Positions 23,623 through 36,720 of a stretch of 60,000 nt of DNA are shown here, piece by piece. The stretch lies in the NCBI GenBank assembly GCA_028534125.1, contig CM052817.1, positions 71,922,001 to 71,982,000 on the forward strand, in the 5' to 3' direction. The notes under the pieces were generated by a model. That model was not told the DNA's origin. It did not search any database and saw nothing but the letters and a program-made list of their open reading frames with translations. This DNA is from Lama glama (lineage: Eukaryota). Within the stretch, counting starts at the first letter, position 1, and every line of letters begins with the position of its first letter. Position numbers and translations under genes: made by a program.

Positions 23623-24149
23623 TTACTAAAATGAAAACCAGTGTTAGAAAATAAAGTTTCTTTGAATGTCATTTTAAAGAATGACTCTACATGACTCTTA
23701 AAGTATGGAGATTTGACTGCTGTTTGATTTACTGAGCAAAGAAAAGATGATCAGTGTATGAATACCCTCAAATGAAAATCAAAGTTTGATTTGGTAGAAC
23801 TGCAAAGAGGCAAATCGGCAGGACTAAGTGGTACAAATATTAAAACGATTTTTGCCCAAACTAATGAAGTAACCTTTCACGGATGTGATAAAAGTCCTTT
23901 GGAAGATCATCTTTTCCAACAGAGCACTTCCTCTGTGCCCCCATTAGGAACAGCACATGAGCTTGTTGCTAAATACAACATGCTGTGCCCTAGGTAAGGC
24001 ATACATATCTTTAGCTCACACATTAATGTGTTTTAATTATATATATGTATATAGACATACATATGAGGAATAATTTTAGATTTTCTTTTGTTTCATTTAG
24101 ATCTTTAACTCTATGTTTGATTTAAGCTTAATCTTCCCAACTCTGAAGT

Positions 24150-24265
24150 ATCATTATCATCATTTTGTAAATGAGGAAACTGAGTGGCTAGTGGACTTAC
24201 ACAGGGAAGAGACAAAACTGGGATTGAAAATCAGAGCTTCAGTCTGTAAGCTCGGCACTCATTCT
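24150..24265 (-). mobile_element. MIR SINE
   Basis: 'cattttgtaaatgaggaaactgag' is an antisense MIR core. Confidence 0.7.
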
Positions 24266-25629
24266 GGGGAACTATAGTTTTCTTTTTCTGCTTTGATTGA
24301 GTTACTGTGGTGGAAGAGTAAAGAATTTAAGAGTATAGAGTATACATTCTTTCCCTTATATGTTACTTTTACTTATAAAATTCACAATGAATTTTTTCCT
24401 GAGATCTAAATTTCTTTTTAAGAATGTGTGTCATCTATTCAAAAAAAAAAAATACCAGCTGAAGAAAATGACAATTGCACTCTCTGACTGTGACTCACCA
24501 AAAACATTGAAGGAACAGACTGGATACCTTCATTCTTGCCTTTATGTCTAAAGTTTAGATTCTTACTCTATGGATATGTACTCAAAAGAGTTTTGAATAT
24601 TTACTTCACTGAATGCGCAACTCAGTTTTCTCCTTTTTGGTCATGGTTGAGTGAGTTATTTATGGTAAAACAACAGTCTGAGTTTTGAACAAACGAAAAA
24701 TTTAGAATGTTGATAACTTGACCACTAACAGGGTCCTCTTGAAGAAATGTTCCTTGCTGGTGAATATACAAAGACCAGCAGATATTTTCCCAATAGATAA
24801 AAAGTTTGGTGGGCTGACAGATCTTAAATTTCCAACTGGTGTCTGTTTCACCATATATAACTTTACAATCTTTTTTTTTTCCTCCTCAAAATGGGTGTTT
24901 TATCATGCCATCACCAAACTGCTGCCTACATTTTCATATTAGAATTGAAGACATCGGTCACATCCCTAATGAATTCACCAAGTGAACCTCCTTGAAAATT
25001 TTGGGTGCCTAATATTACTTAATTCTTTGAATAAAAAAATCCAACAATATAAAACCCTTATTATGTGCTTTTAGGTTTTTATAAGAAAATAGGAAGTACA
25101 TGAATGAAACTTAATCGTCTATTGGCATTACTCATCTCACACTTTCCTGATAGTTTTTCCAACTCAGCATCCACAAAGATGTTTTGGAGAAAAAATCCCC
25201 CAGTATTTTATGCTTTTAAAATAAATTATTGGCCAGAAAACTAAAATCTTCTGCTTATTACAGTTGATCAGATTTCAATGCTTAGTGTGTGGCACAGAAA
25301 ACACCTACTTTCTTCATTTAGTCACCATTTAAAGTCAGAGATGCACTCCAAAAGAGATAGTTGTGGTTTTGAGGGCAATTTCAACATAACTAATGGTACT
25401 GCATGTTTTACTTTTTAAATGTGGCTATAGATAAATCATTGTCTTATATTGGAACACCTTATTATTTAAGAAATCATATGTCTAAAGATCAGTTTCATTC
25501 ATAAGAAACAGAATGGTTTATTTCCCATTTATGGGGCTCTTTCTAGAAAAACAAGTCTCTTTCTCTGTGTATACACATATACACAGACACACACACAACA
25601 CCTTACATTATTTTAAGAGGTATGTTAAA

Positions 25630-25945
25630 AACACTTTTTTTTATTATTTCTAACTATAGTAAAAGTAGAATGAACAGTACTACAACCCCCAGTGTACTCA
25701 TCACAACTTTAGTAATTATGACTGTCGTGTTTTATCTACATAAATCTATATCTATATCCCCTATCCCAGGGGATTCTTTTGAAGCAAATTCAGACACAAT
25801 ATTATTTCACCTGTAAATACTTCTGAATATATCTCTAAAAGTAATAATTCTCCCTTAAACATGTAAAATAATCCATTAACACATAGAATAATTAACAATA
25901 ATTCTTCAAATATTGTCACATTTAAAACAGAGACTTTCCACATGT
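25630..25945 (-). mobile_element. Old L1ME-type 3' fragment
   Basis: 'tttgaagcaaattcagacacaatattatttcacctgtaaatacttctgaatatatctctaaaag'. Confidence 0.7.
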
Positions 25946-26034
25946 GAGTGGTCACTGTGTTCTTGGTTATTTATGTTTTTTTCATTTAAATTCTCAAGAG
26001 CTAATAAAGTTAATTTTCTTTCTAAAATCTACAT

Positions 26035-26330
26035 AGTGTAAAACAGTAGTTAAGTATAATGGATTTGAAAAATTAGGACTCCAGACCCTGCTTTGCCATT
26101 TATTAGCTATGTGGCTTGAAGCACATTAGTAAGCCTCAATTTCCTCATCTATAAAAATAGAAATAATTATACATGAGTATCAAATGCTTTATATATGTAA
26201 AGTGCTTAGTTCAGTGCCTGATATGTAGTCAGTTCTTTGTAAGTATGAACTATTTAAAAAAAATCGGAGTTGGAATTTGAACCCGGGTCTGTCCAGTCCC
26301 AAAGCCCATGAACTTTCCACTGTGCCACAC
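26035..26330. mobile_element. MIR (+, about 26035-26250) and a short antisense MIR (about 26265-26330)
   Basis: 'gcctcaatttcctcatctataaaatagaaataat...atgtaaagtgcttag' and 'ggaatttgaacccgggtctgtccagtcccaaagcccatg'. Confidence 0.8.
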
Positions 26331-27169
26331 TCAACTAGCGTGGTGACAACATTGGCAGCACATCAGCCTGGACACTCTTTAAAGAGTATTTAATATGTAC
26401 TTATTAAGAGTCCACTCCTTGATAGCCCCAAACTTTCCATCATTGTTGGCAGGCTAGTGATGGGAATTCTCTAGTTGTGGCCATCACTGGTCACAGAATA
26501 CAGCTGAGCCTAAACAGGTGGCTGAGAAGGTGAGTGGAGCCAGCACGGCACAGAACACGGAAAGGCAGGGCAGAACAAAGTGGTGGCAGGTGAGGTTTGA
26601 TGGTGAGAAATGCTCCTACAACCCCGCATGGAGGGCAAATTGCCACAGCCAGCATTCTACATTCATCACCCTATGGCGAGCTGTGATCCTGGGCTGCTGC
26701 CACCACTTAGATGCCACAGGGATGAGGCTGCTCTTTATGCTGCTTTGTGCTCACAATTACGGTTCTTGTGCTTTCCAACTTCATACTTTTTATGTCAAGA
26801 AATATTCCAGTCTAGATTTGGTCGAACCAGAGAATACAAATCAACTTTTGTAAGTGACTGGATGCTAAAATATTACAGATTAATAAAGAACAGAAATGCA
26901 ACTCTGTCACAAAGCTGGAAGATATAAAAGACTGGGCCAAAGAACCGGCAACAACTATTTATTAAGCACCTAAAATGGGTCAGGAACCGAGGGACAGAAA
27001 GGAGACTGCTTTTCCCCCGGTTTGCACTTTGTTGAAGACTAATAGCTAAAGCAGGAGCCTTCTGTCAAATCTGTGCTGTTATTAATGTTAATGCTTCATA
27101 CTTGAAATTTCTCCGTGATGACACAAGCCTGTTGTCCTCTATTTCCTTCAGGAATAAGTGATAAAATTT

Positions 27170-27790
27170 AATTCCTTCTTTCATTAATCCAGTAAACACT
27201 TACTGAGCATCTGCTATACATGCCATATACTTTTCTAGGCACTGAGGCCGTGGCAGTGAACAAAACATACAAAATCTCTGCCTTCATGGAACTTATATTC
27301 TAGGGGGGGGATGGGAAATAAATAAGAAAAATACAAATTATGCTAGCAAAAATTGCTAAGGAAGAATGAAGCTGGCAGGAGGACTGGAAGTGTTGAGGGG
27401 AGTTACACAAACCTAGATAAGGCAGACAGGGAGGGTGTTCCTGAGAAGGTGATTTAGGAATAAAGATCTGAAGGAAGTGGGGGGACGACCATGCAGATAC
27501 CTGGGTATGAGTGCTTCTAGGCAAAGGGGACAGCAGTTGAAAAGACCCAAAGGCAGACTGTGACTGGCATGTTGGGACAATGGTCAGGAGGCCGCTGTGC
27601 CTAAGAGAGAACAGGAGGAAATGAGGCGAGGGAGGACATCTGTGTGCAAATCGTGTGCGGCCTTGTAGACTGGGGTGAGGACGCTGGCTGTTAGGCTGAG
27701 GGAGCTGGGAAGTGGCTGTAGGGTCTCAACATAGCAGAGGCGGGATCGCACTGGGCCGGTGGTAGAATCACTCCTGCTGCTGGGGACAGA
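27170..27790 (-). mobile_element. L2a-type LINE 3' end
   Basis: 'cattaatccagtaaacacttactgagcatctgcta...ctgccttcatggaacttatattctag...aaagatctgaaggaag'. Confidence 0.85.
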
Positions 27791-29414
27791 ACAGAGGATG
27801 AATCAGGACAATGCCTGACGCAGAGTAAAAAACCTTAAGAATAAACTGTTGTCGTTAGTTTTACAACTCCTATGGTCTTTACTGTTTATGTCTGTTAAAC
27901 TGAACTGAGAAGAAGACTCACTGAATGACAATCACTCATTTTTCTGAAATGATTTCATAAACAGATTAAATCTACTAGATATGTTTTCTTTTATTTATGA
28001 AGTGATGATCTATAGAAAGGCAGCTTGAGAGGAACATTCTTTGTGGCTGTGGTCTATGTCTTGAGAAACTTGAAGATTAAAATTTTTATTATGTATGCTT
28101 AAATGTCTCAGCTTTGGATTCGCTATAAGTAGTTTAAAAAACTAACATAAACTGTGCCTAGGGACACCAGAATCCATATACTCTTAGGATATTAAAAAAA
28201 TCTATCATTTAAAACATAGTCTTTGACAAATTGAACAATATGTAAATATACTTATGTCAGTTATTCACAGTGAATGATATGGCTTAAAATTAAAATATTA
28301 GAATGTGGTTTTCTCTGTTATTCTGCTCTGTAGAAATACTTCTTTTGCACAATATCCTAATGGCACATGTTAAAGATTTCTTTTAGTGGGTGTTATTTTT
28401 AAGAATTCCAGATTGGATGATAATAATAAAACTTACATGTAGTATATTCCAGAAAAATTATTATTGATTTTAAAACTTAAGATGCAACAATAAAAAAATT
28501 TGGTGAGAAGCTTAATGAATTACTGTTTTCTATAAATAAATTTTATTTAATAATTTTATCAAACTTTTAAATTCCCCTCTCTTTCAACATGAACAGATTG
28601 ATAAATGTTTTGAAACTCATGTTTCATAGGAATATATGTGTATATATATATATTTATATATGTATATCTGTCATATGCCTATATATCAGACTATTTACTT
28701 TTTTGTAAAAAATGTTATTCTAGGAAAAGTTGGATATTAATCACTGGAAACAATAGTTTCCTAAGAGATTATTCCTTATAGATCTTTACTACATTATCCA
28801 TTTTTTTTTTTTTTTGGCATTTAGAACTGTCTGTGAAATTCAAGGATCTTATTTAGGGATTTCTTGTCAACCATTTCTTTCTTGATGGTTTCCACACCTA
28901 CTTAACTTTCATCTGTCAGTTGCTTTTTAGTAAAGCCCAAATTTAATAAACTTCCATTTCCTAGATTTCACCTGAAGGTAGATGTTAAGAAAATGTGGAT
29001 GTAGAAAGAACTAAAACTTGAAAACTATAATTGTAGCTAACACTTAAAAAAATATACTATTTGGTAGTATCTGTCAGTCTTTATTCATGGAATACATTCC
29101 TTCTAAAATAGGTATTTTTCCCTTTGAAAGAAAAAAAATACCTTGTAAATATGAAACCATTTATAGCCACTAATGAAAGAATTAGCTTCTTATTTCTTTT
29201 AATTTGCACCAATTTAATAGAGCAAAATTATTTGCAAACAAATAGTAGAGACAATCTTGAAAAAAATATTGGGATGGAGGAAGGAAAATATAATCTTAAA
29301 AATTCAATCAAAAGTATCAAATATAAATTCTTTATAAAAAATTTTAAAGTATGGAATTTGCTGCTGCACCTTGACAGAGAAACTCAAAACACAATAGGGA
29401 TCAGCCTGGTTGCA

Positions 29415-29590
29415 TCAGTGATTCTTGACTTTTGGTGTGCATAGGAATTTCCTGCATAACTTGATAAAAATGTAGCTCCTTGTCCCACCACCAGGGACTC
29501 TGGTTTAGTTGGTCTCCATAGGGCCTGTGCAGGAGATGCATTTAAGGAGCATCCCACAGAATTTGAAAGAGGTCCTGGGATCACACTGTT
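29415..29590. mobile_element. hAT-Charlie MER5-family element
   Basis: 'cagtgattcttgacttttggtgtgcatagg...gggactctggtttagttggtct...ggtcctgggatcacactg'. Confidence 0.6.
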
Positions 29591-29739
29591 ATGCTCTCCT
29601 ATTTCAGCTGGTCCTTTGATGCTCATCCTCCCCCATATTCTGCCCATGGAGTCATAATTTAAAATTAATCCTCTTCCTGTGGCATCCATTATAAACTTGT
29701 TTCCTTCATTCTTAGCAGATATCTTTACTTTTTAGTTTT

Positions 29740-30240
29740 TGAGATGATAAAAAGCTGTGATCTACAACTTCCCGGAAGTCCTTCCTCCTCTTCAGAATCT
29801 CATACCATCTTGCTTTCCCCCTTTCTCTGTCGCATCCTAGAGGAGGACACGTCCCTCCTTCTTTCTAAGGCTGTATGTCTGTTCATGTTCTTATATTCCC
29901 TTGCTCAATATCTGGCTCTCTCACGACCTTCCAGTCTCCATGAGGACACAGATGGTGACTGTCTTCTTGATCCCCATTTCTTCAGGGTTGGGTAAGGGCC
30001 TGCTATGTTGTCAACACTCAGCAAGTGTCTGTGAACTGAAGCCATGAGAGATTTCTTCTCCCTGGTCTCAAGAATTTACTTCATCTCCTTTTTACCTTCA
30101 ATCCTCTGTTCTCTTCTCTCCAAACATGCTACTTTGGTGTCTTTATGCTCTCTCTTTTCCCTGGCTCTACTTCTCCTTAGACTACAGACATGATCATATC
30201 TTTCTCAAAATTAAAAGCCAAATCTCCCAGTTTCCTACAC
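29740..30240 (+). mobile_element. Degraded L2 fragment
   Basis: Pyrimidine-rich L2-like text 'gaggacacgtccctccttctttctaaggct'. Confidence 0.45.
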
Positions 30241-30559
30241 CATGTGTTGGGTTTTGTTATGTAAAAAAAATAGTGGTTGCCTTATTATTCATACTGAGGA
30301 AAACTTGAGTTTATTTTTTTCTCTTTAACTGGACAGTTGGGGGTCCCAAACCAAAATGTAGGGAACAAGAGGCATATGGGACAACTCCAAAGTGTATATA
30401 TTCAAATGCAGTTTGTTGATCTGTTAATCTGTCATATTTTCCAGGCTGAGCTATTCTGCCAGGGCAACATTCTACTGTATTCAAATCAGCTGTCCTGGAG
30501 TTGAGACACCTGTTAGTGTCTGTTACTTAAGAAAACCAAGCGAGATGCTGTTGGAGAGA

Positions 30560-31950
30560 CAACATGTAATCAACTAGAAAATACAATTCAAAGTAGCAAC
30601 AAGAACTAAAAGGGATCTAAATTAAGAACAAAGTTATTTTTGTGGAAAAATTTAAGACTGTAATAAAGGGCATAAGTGATAATCTTTATAAGTAGACATG
30701 TCATGCTTCTGGTTGGGATGACTTGATATTGTGAAAATACCACACGTTTCCTGAATTAATCTATACATTTAAATTAATCTGTAAATTTCATTCCAATCAA
30801 AGTAGCAGTTACATTTTCCATGTACCAGGAAGAATCATTGTTCACAAATAGTCAAGTCAGACTTAAGAAAAATAAACAGTGTGTGTGAGCATGAGTCTTG
30901 CTTACTCAATCAAATGTTGAGAATTGGCCTGAAGAGAAAAACAACAACAAAAATTGACCAATTGGATGGATTAGAAAGCACAGACTGATGTAGGAATGTG
31001 CACATATACTTAATTGATAATAAAAGTGCCATCTCATATTGAGAGGAAAAGAATTTGGAAAGTGTTGTTGGGAAAACTTGTTTACCATATGCAGAAAAAT
31101 GAACTAGATTGCTAACTAATTAAGTATTTAAAGTAGACCCAAGATGTGAAAGGTAAAACTATATAGTTAACAGAAAAATGTATAGGAAAATACCTGTGAT
31201 CTAGAGATGGAGAATTTCTTAAAACCACAAAAGAACTAAGTTTAAGGCAAATACTGATGAATTTGGTTATATCAAAGTTAATAATTTTTGATTAATTAAT
31301 GATACTGTGGACAAAGTTAAGAGCTAATAGAATATGATAATCCATATGTTCTAGATATTAATATATTTAAAAAGATAAATATTCTTGTATAAGGAATTCT
31401 AGTGAATTAGCCAAAAAAAAAACCCCAGAAAAACAGATAAAGAATATGAACAATGTATAAAATTGAAAATCCTGATGTCCAATAAATATTTTGAGATTTT
31501 CAATTAATTTATAATCAGAAAAAAATCCAAATTAAAACAGCAAAGCAATATCATTTGGTATTGATTCAGCTGGAAACCTGGATGATACCACGTATGGTCA
31601 GGGCTATGAAACCCTCATATCTGCTGGTGGGAGGTAAACTGGAATGGGCCATTATGAAAGCCATCTCTCCAGATAGGATTATATCTACATCTATGACCCA
31701 GTAATTCTATTTCTGGGTATAGTATGTATGCTAAAGAAATGATCATATGGTGTAGTATTATTTATAGTGGTGGGGATTAGGAGGCAAGTGGGGTGTCTAT
31801 CTTTTGGAAACTGTTACATAAAATGTGCATAGTTGCTCACCATGAATTACTAAGTGACTGGGTGAAACAATGGACTCGATCTATCCTCAGTAACCTAGAT
31901 GAATCTTAAAATCAAAGTTCTGAGTAAAAATAGTTAAAAAGAAAAAACAC
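30560..31950 (+). mobile_element. Old L1M(E) ORF2 3' half and 3'UTR
   Basis: A-rich sense L1 text: 'catgcttctggttgggatgacttgatattgtgaaaat', 'gtgttgttgggaaaacttg', 'ctatgacccagtaattctatttctgggtata'. Confidence 0.85.
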
Positions 31951-32499
31951 CAAATGATGCACATTTTTGCAAGAAAACACACACTGCAAAACATTAAAGA
32001 CATTAGAATGCCTGTGAGGGACACTTTCATACTTAAAAATAATTATGTACCACCCTGAATTTTGAAGATTGAAGATAGAATATAATTTAATTATTCGCTG
32101 TTTGGTTATCTACTTGCTAAGCAAAAAGCAAAATAACATCTGAGGGGAAAAAAACCCTTATTCTAATAGCTATAAAATTGATTTAGAAAGAAACTAATTG
32201 AGAGGCTGTGGCAATAATCTAGATATGAGTTGCTGAATACCTGTGTTGGGTGGTGGCAGGGAGAGGAACAGTAGAGTGAAGTCAGCAGGCTATTGTGTTT
32301 GGATGGATGTTCAAGGGAAGGAAATACATAAACACATACATAAATAAATACAAGTTTAAAAGCTAAGAGGAGGTTCTATTTCTGGTAATAGATTGGCTAG
32401 GATCATTTGGAGCAACTGCTCAACTAAAAATGCTGGATAAATTTTAAAGAAATTCTTACAGCATAAACAACTTGGCAAGTCATTCAGGAATTTTCAGAT

Positions 32500-34320
32500 C
32501 AAAATGTACAATTCTATCCTGCTGTGACCTCCACTCCATTGATCCTACCAGCATTTCAATGTCCTTCATTCCCACGATATCATCATTCTCCTTGATCACT
32601 TGAATTCCATGGGCGATTGATATAACCACTCGTATATTTCCTTGACAGTTTTGTTTTTCTTGGGCTTCACTGTAGTCAGTTGGCTGGGTGAAACTATAGA
32701 TAAATCCAAGTCTCTGCTTCTCTTTGCTTATACTTGTTTCATTCAACATGGCTGATGCAAAACATAAAACACACAAGCGCATTGGATGGTATCACTTTGA
32801 ATTTAATGCTGCCAAGCAAACGTAATTTCTGTAGTCCGTTCACTCACCCACTTGCCTAGGTGACTATTTCATGCCTTTCTTTCTTTTCAAAATTCCCTCT
32901 TCCCCCATCTTCAGTCTTAGCAGATGACCTTTTTTTTTTTTTTTTTAATGAGACGTTCAGAGCAATCAGAAGAGAGCTTCCGCAGATTGCCAACATCATG
33001 TCTGCTCACCAGCATTATAGTCCTGTACTCGGCCTTCCCACCTTGATGAACCATCCATGTTCTGACTGAAAGCCCATCCCTCCTCCACTTGGGCAGCAGA
33101 TGCTGTCCCCTCTCACTTACACAGCGACATTGCTCCAGCAAGATCTCCTTTCTGCTTCTTACAACATCAGATTTGCACTCTACTGAATTATGCTCCCCAG
33201 CATACAAATATGCTGTTACTTCTCCCAGCTAAAACAACAACAACAACAATTTACCGACCCAGTTCTCCTCCCATCGACCACCTTTTCTTTGCCCCCTTTG
33301 CAACAAAGCTCTTTGAAGGAGTTGTCTATACTCCCTGTCTTCAATTCCATTTCTTCCTCTCTCTCGTAACCCACTCTAATTAATCAGGCTTTCATTCAAC
33401 TCCACCTCACTAACCAAGACCTTCATTTTGCTAAATCAAAAGGTCAATTCTTAGTCTTCATCCTCCTTGACCATCAGGAACATTTAGACAGTTGATTATT
33501 CCCTTCTCTTTGATCTGTATCTGGCTTTGGCTTCCAGGACATCACATCTCTTGATTGCCCTTCTACTTCGCTGGTCCCTCCTTCTCTTTCTTCACTGGTT
33601 CCTCCTCTTCTTTCTTGCATTTCAGAGTTAGAGCCCTGCAACTCTATCCTTATTTCTCTTCTCTCTGTACATTCACTCCCTCAGGAACCTGTGCTGTCAT
33701 CTGACTTTAAGGTTTTAAATATTGTCTGTATGTTAATGAGTCCCACATTTATATCTTCAGCTCAGTCTCTCTTCAGTTGGCTATTCAGCACTTCCACTTA
33801 GAAGTCTAGCAGACATTTCAAAATCAATGTGTTCAAAACAGAACTTCCGAAACCCCTCACACTGTCAAAGAAAGACACGAACAGCAAAATGAACTACCTT
33901 GGGTGATGACAACTCCATGTTTCAGTTGCTCAGGCCTTAAATCTGGGTGTCATCCTTGACTCTTCTCTGACTTTCATATTCCACAGCCAATACTTCTTTG
34001 AATTATGTTGGCCCTACCTGTAAAATATGTCTGAAATCTATTTTCTTTTCATCACTTCTGCTGCTATTATCCTGATGCAAGAGATCATCATCCCTTGATT
34101 GGACTGATATAGACTCCTGACTGATCTTCTTGTTTTTACACTGTCCTACTTCCAGTGTTTTTAACAAAAAAATCCTTTAAACCATATGTCAAATCATATC
34201 TCTCCTCTGCTCAAAATCATGCAATATCTTCCTATTTCACTTCGGCTGTAGGATTTCCCTCCTGCCTCCCACTGTTACCTCCCTGACATTAGCTCTTCAT
34301 TTCCAACTACTCTCTTAGCT
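32500..34320 (+). mobile_element. Long L2 LINE fragment (about 1.8 kb, ORF2 including RT)
   Basis: 'gctaaatcaaaaggtcaattcttagtcttcatcctccttgacc...gtatgttaatgagtcccacatttatatc...ctgggtgtcatccttgactc'. Confidence 0.85.
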
Positions 34321-34329
34321 TTGTTAAGA

Positions 34330-34640
34330 AAAATGAAGAAATAGAGAACAATCATAAAGTAGTCAGTAAAAGAAAACTGGCAAACTGCCAGCTAGACCTA
34401 TTAATAAAAGAAAAGAAGGGGTATAAACAATCAACCACAGAAATGGAAAGGAGACAGCACTACATGTGCTGTGGATGTAAACACATAAGAAAATATTGCA
34501 AACAATTTGATGGCAAAAGGTTCGAAAATTTAGCAAAATTGATTACATCCTAAACAAATCTTATTTATCAAAATTAACTTAAAGAAAAATTAAAAACATG
34601 AGTATCTGTTTATCCAGAAATAAGTTCACCTGTAGCCAAT
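34330..34640 (+). mobile_element. L1M ORF2 fragment
   Basis: 'ggcaaactgccagctagacc...gaaaatattgcaaacaatttgatggcaaaaggttcgaaaatttag'. Confidence 0.65.
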
Positions 34641-34799
34641 TTTTTTAAAAAAAAAATCTTGAGGGTTTAAAGAAATAATGCATATAAAGCACTTATCCTG
34701 GTAAGTGTCAACAATTATAATTATAACCAGAATTTCTGAGACATACCTGTGGGTGGTTGTTGAAGTTGTATGAGTAGATGGTTTTTCTGAAGAGCGAAA

Positions 34800-34985
34800 A
34801 TGCTGGAATCAAAATCATAGACCTTAGAGTTGGGAGTAACTCAGAGATTGTAACCCATCTATTTCATTTTATAGGCAAAGAATATGAAAGCCAGAGGAGT
34901 AACAGACTTCTTCAGTCTCACATAGCAGGTTAGTGGCACTGTTGGGACTAGAACAATTTTTTCATGACTGCTAGTCAAGTGATCA
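34800..34985 (-). mobile_element. MIR/MIR3 SINE
   Basis: 'tcatagaccttagagttggga...cattttataggcaaagaa...cacatagcaggttagtggc...gggactagaac'. Confidence 0.7.
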
Positions 34986-35230
34986 TTCTGAAGAACTTTG
35001 AATATGGGTAAAAATAAATTTCCACACAAACATCAACTAGCAAGAGTAAGTACTACCATGGAAATATGGCTGTTGTAAAATAATGGAATTCTAGGTGCTT
35101 TCTTTTAATTTATAGATCTAATTATGAATTTATTTTTCTACTCTTCTACATTTTTAGTGCTAAGCTAGGTGATAATGGAGTTGACAAGTCAGTTTCCAAC
35201 TGTATAGTTAGAAGTCTATGTTGATCTGGT

Positions 35231-35975
35231 CGAGGGATGTTTATGTAACTTGTGTTACCCAGGGCAAAACAAAAATGCTGGGCTCCTAACGGGGTCAGGG
35301 GAGTCATCCTCTCCTTCTCACAGGCCCATGTCCCAATATATGGTGGACAGATGACCCCCTGTGGATCACAACCTCTGTTCTGGGATGTGCTTGGTAGCTG
35401 GCTTGGGACTGGGTAAAAGGCCCCATTCCAAGCTGCCCACTAAATATTGTGTGCTGCTGCCAGTCTGGGTAGGCTGAGTCACTGCCCTGACCTGCTGTAG
35501 GATGACGTGGGGTGTGTGCCCAACACCAGCCCTCTCTGCACCTGCACCCAGGCCCTCCTGAGACGAAAGGGCAAGTGACAACAGATTGTGAGCCTTCTCT
35601 CCCTCAAGGCTAGGATGTTAGTAGTCACAGGTAGATCAGGGGATACGAATCTGGACAGAGCCTAGGTGACCAAGAGCCCATCCTGGGTTGGTGGGCAGGA
35701 GGAGAGGTAATAGGAGGTGGGCCACTCTTGAGTGACACTCCAAGTCCCTGTGCATGCTCCATTTCCCCATAAGATTTCACTTACAAAAGGCAAATTCAAA
35801 TGATCTCAATTGCTGGATGACCTTAACCAAGTATTTTAACTTCCCTAAGCCTTATTTTCCTTAGATTTTCATTTCAAGACAGAGGCTGCCAAGTATTAAA
35901 GTCAAGTGCAAGGCTTTTCTGAGCACGGAGACCCCATGTGACTGCACTGATTGTATGCCCATGAAATGAGCCCTG
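35231..35975 (-). mobile_element. hAT-Tip100 MER45-family element (MER45B-like)
   Basis: Right end '...ctgagcacggagaccccatgtgactgcactgattgtatgcccatgaaatgagccctg' is the reverse complement of the MER45 5' end. Left end 'cccagggcaaaacaaaaatgctgggctcc'. Confidence 0.75.
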
Positions 35976-36224
35976 ATATGGTGCCATAATAACTGTTTAA
36001 TCAAAAATAATGCTCCCTTTAATGGTTGTCTTTGACCTCTTTTACTGGTACTTCTGATTCCTCCTTCTTTTGGCTTTCCAGTTGGCACCTCTTCTAGGCT
36101 GTCAGGTTTTATCTGGATGCTCCAAGATTTATGAGGGATTTGAAGAAGATATGGACTCTGATCTTTGGGAACCCACTTAGTTATGAGTCAATGAATGCTT
36201 TTGGTCTCTTTTGCATGTAACATC

Positions 36225-36720
36225 TAGGAACGTGGATTTTGAAGACAGCCAAGCCTCAGTTTGAGTTCTGTGTCTGCTCTCACTTGATAGGTGAACTTGG
36301 ATAAGTTACTTAACTTCTTAAATTTTCCTGAGATCATTCATTTGGAAGACTGTGTGGTTAAGAGTGTAGAATTTGGAGCCAGACTGCATGGCTCTAGGCA
36401 AATCTTTTAACTTTTCTGAGCCATAAAATTAGGAATAATAGGACTATCTATATTATCTAATAATATTAAGGATTCACTGAGTTAGTTAACAGAAAGAGCT
36501 TAGAACAGTGTCTGGCATATACTAAGGGTTGAGTAAATACCAGCTATTACTATTAATTCATTCATTGAAAGAGTGTTTATACATCAATTACACTGTCCCA
36601 GGCATAATATTTCTTATGTCATGAGGAACATTATAGATAAATACCCATAAATGAGATAACACTTGTTAAGTCTTAGCACTATGACTGTCACATTGCATGA
36701 CCTTAATAAATATTAGGTTC
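36225..36720 (+). mobile_element. Cluster of nested or adjacent MIR fragments
   Basis: 'gtggttaagagtgtagaatttggagccagactgc', 'gagcttagaacagtgtctggcatatactaag', 'aaatgagataacacttgttaag'. Confidence 0.75.
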
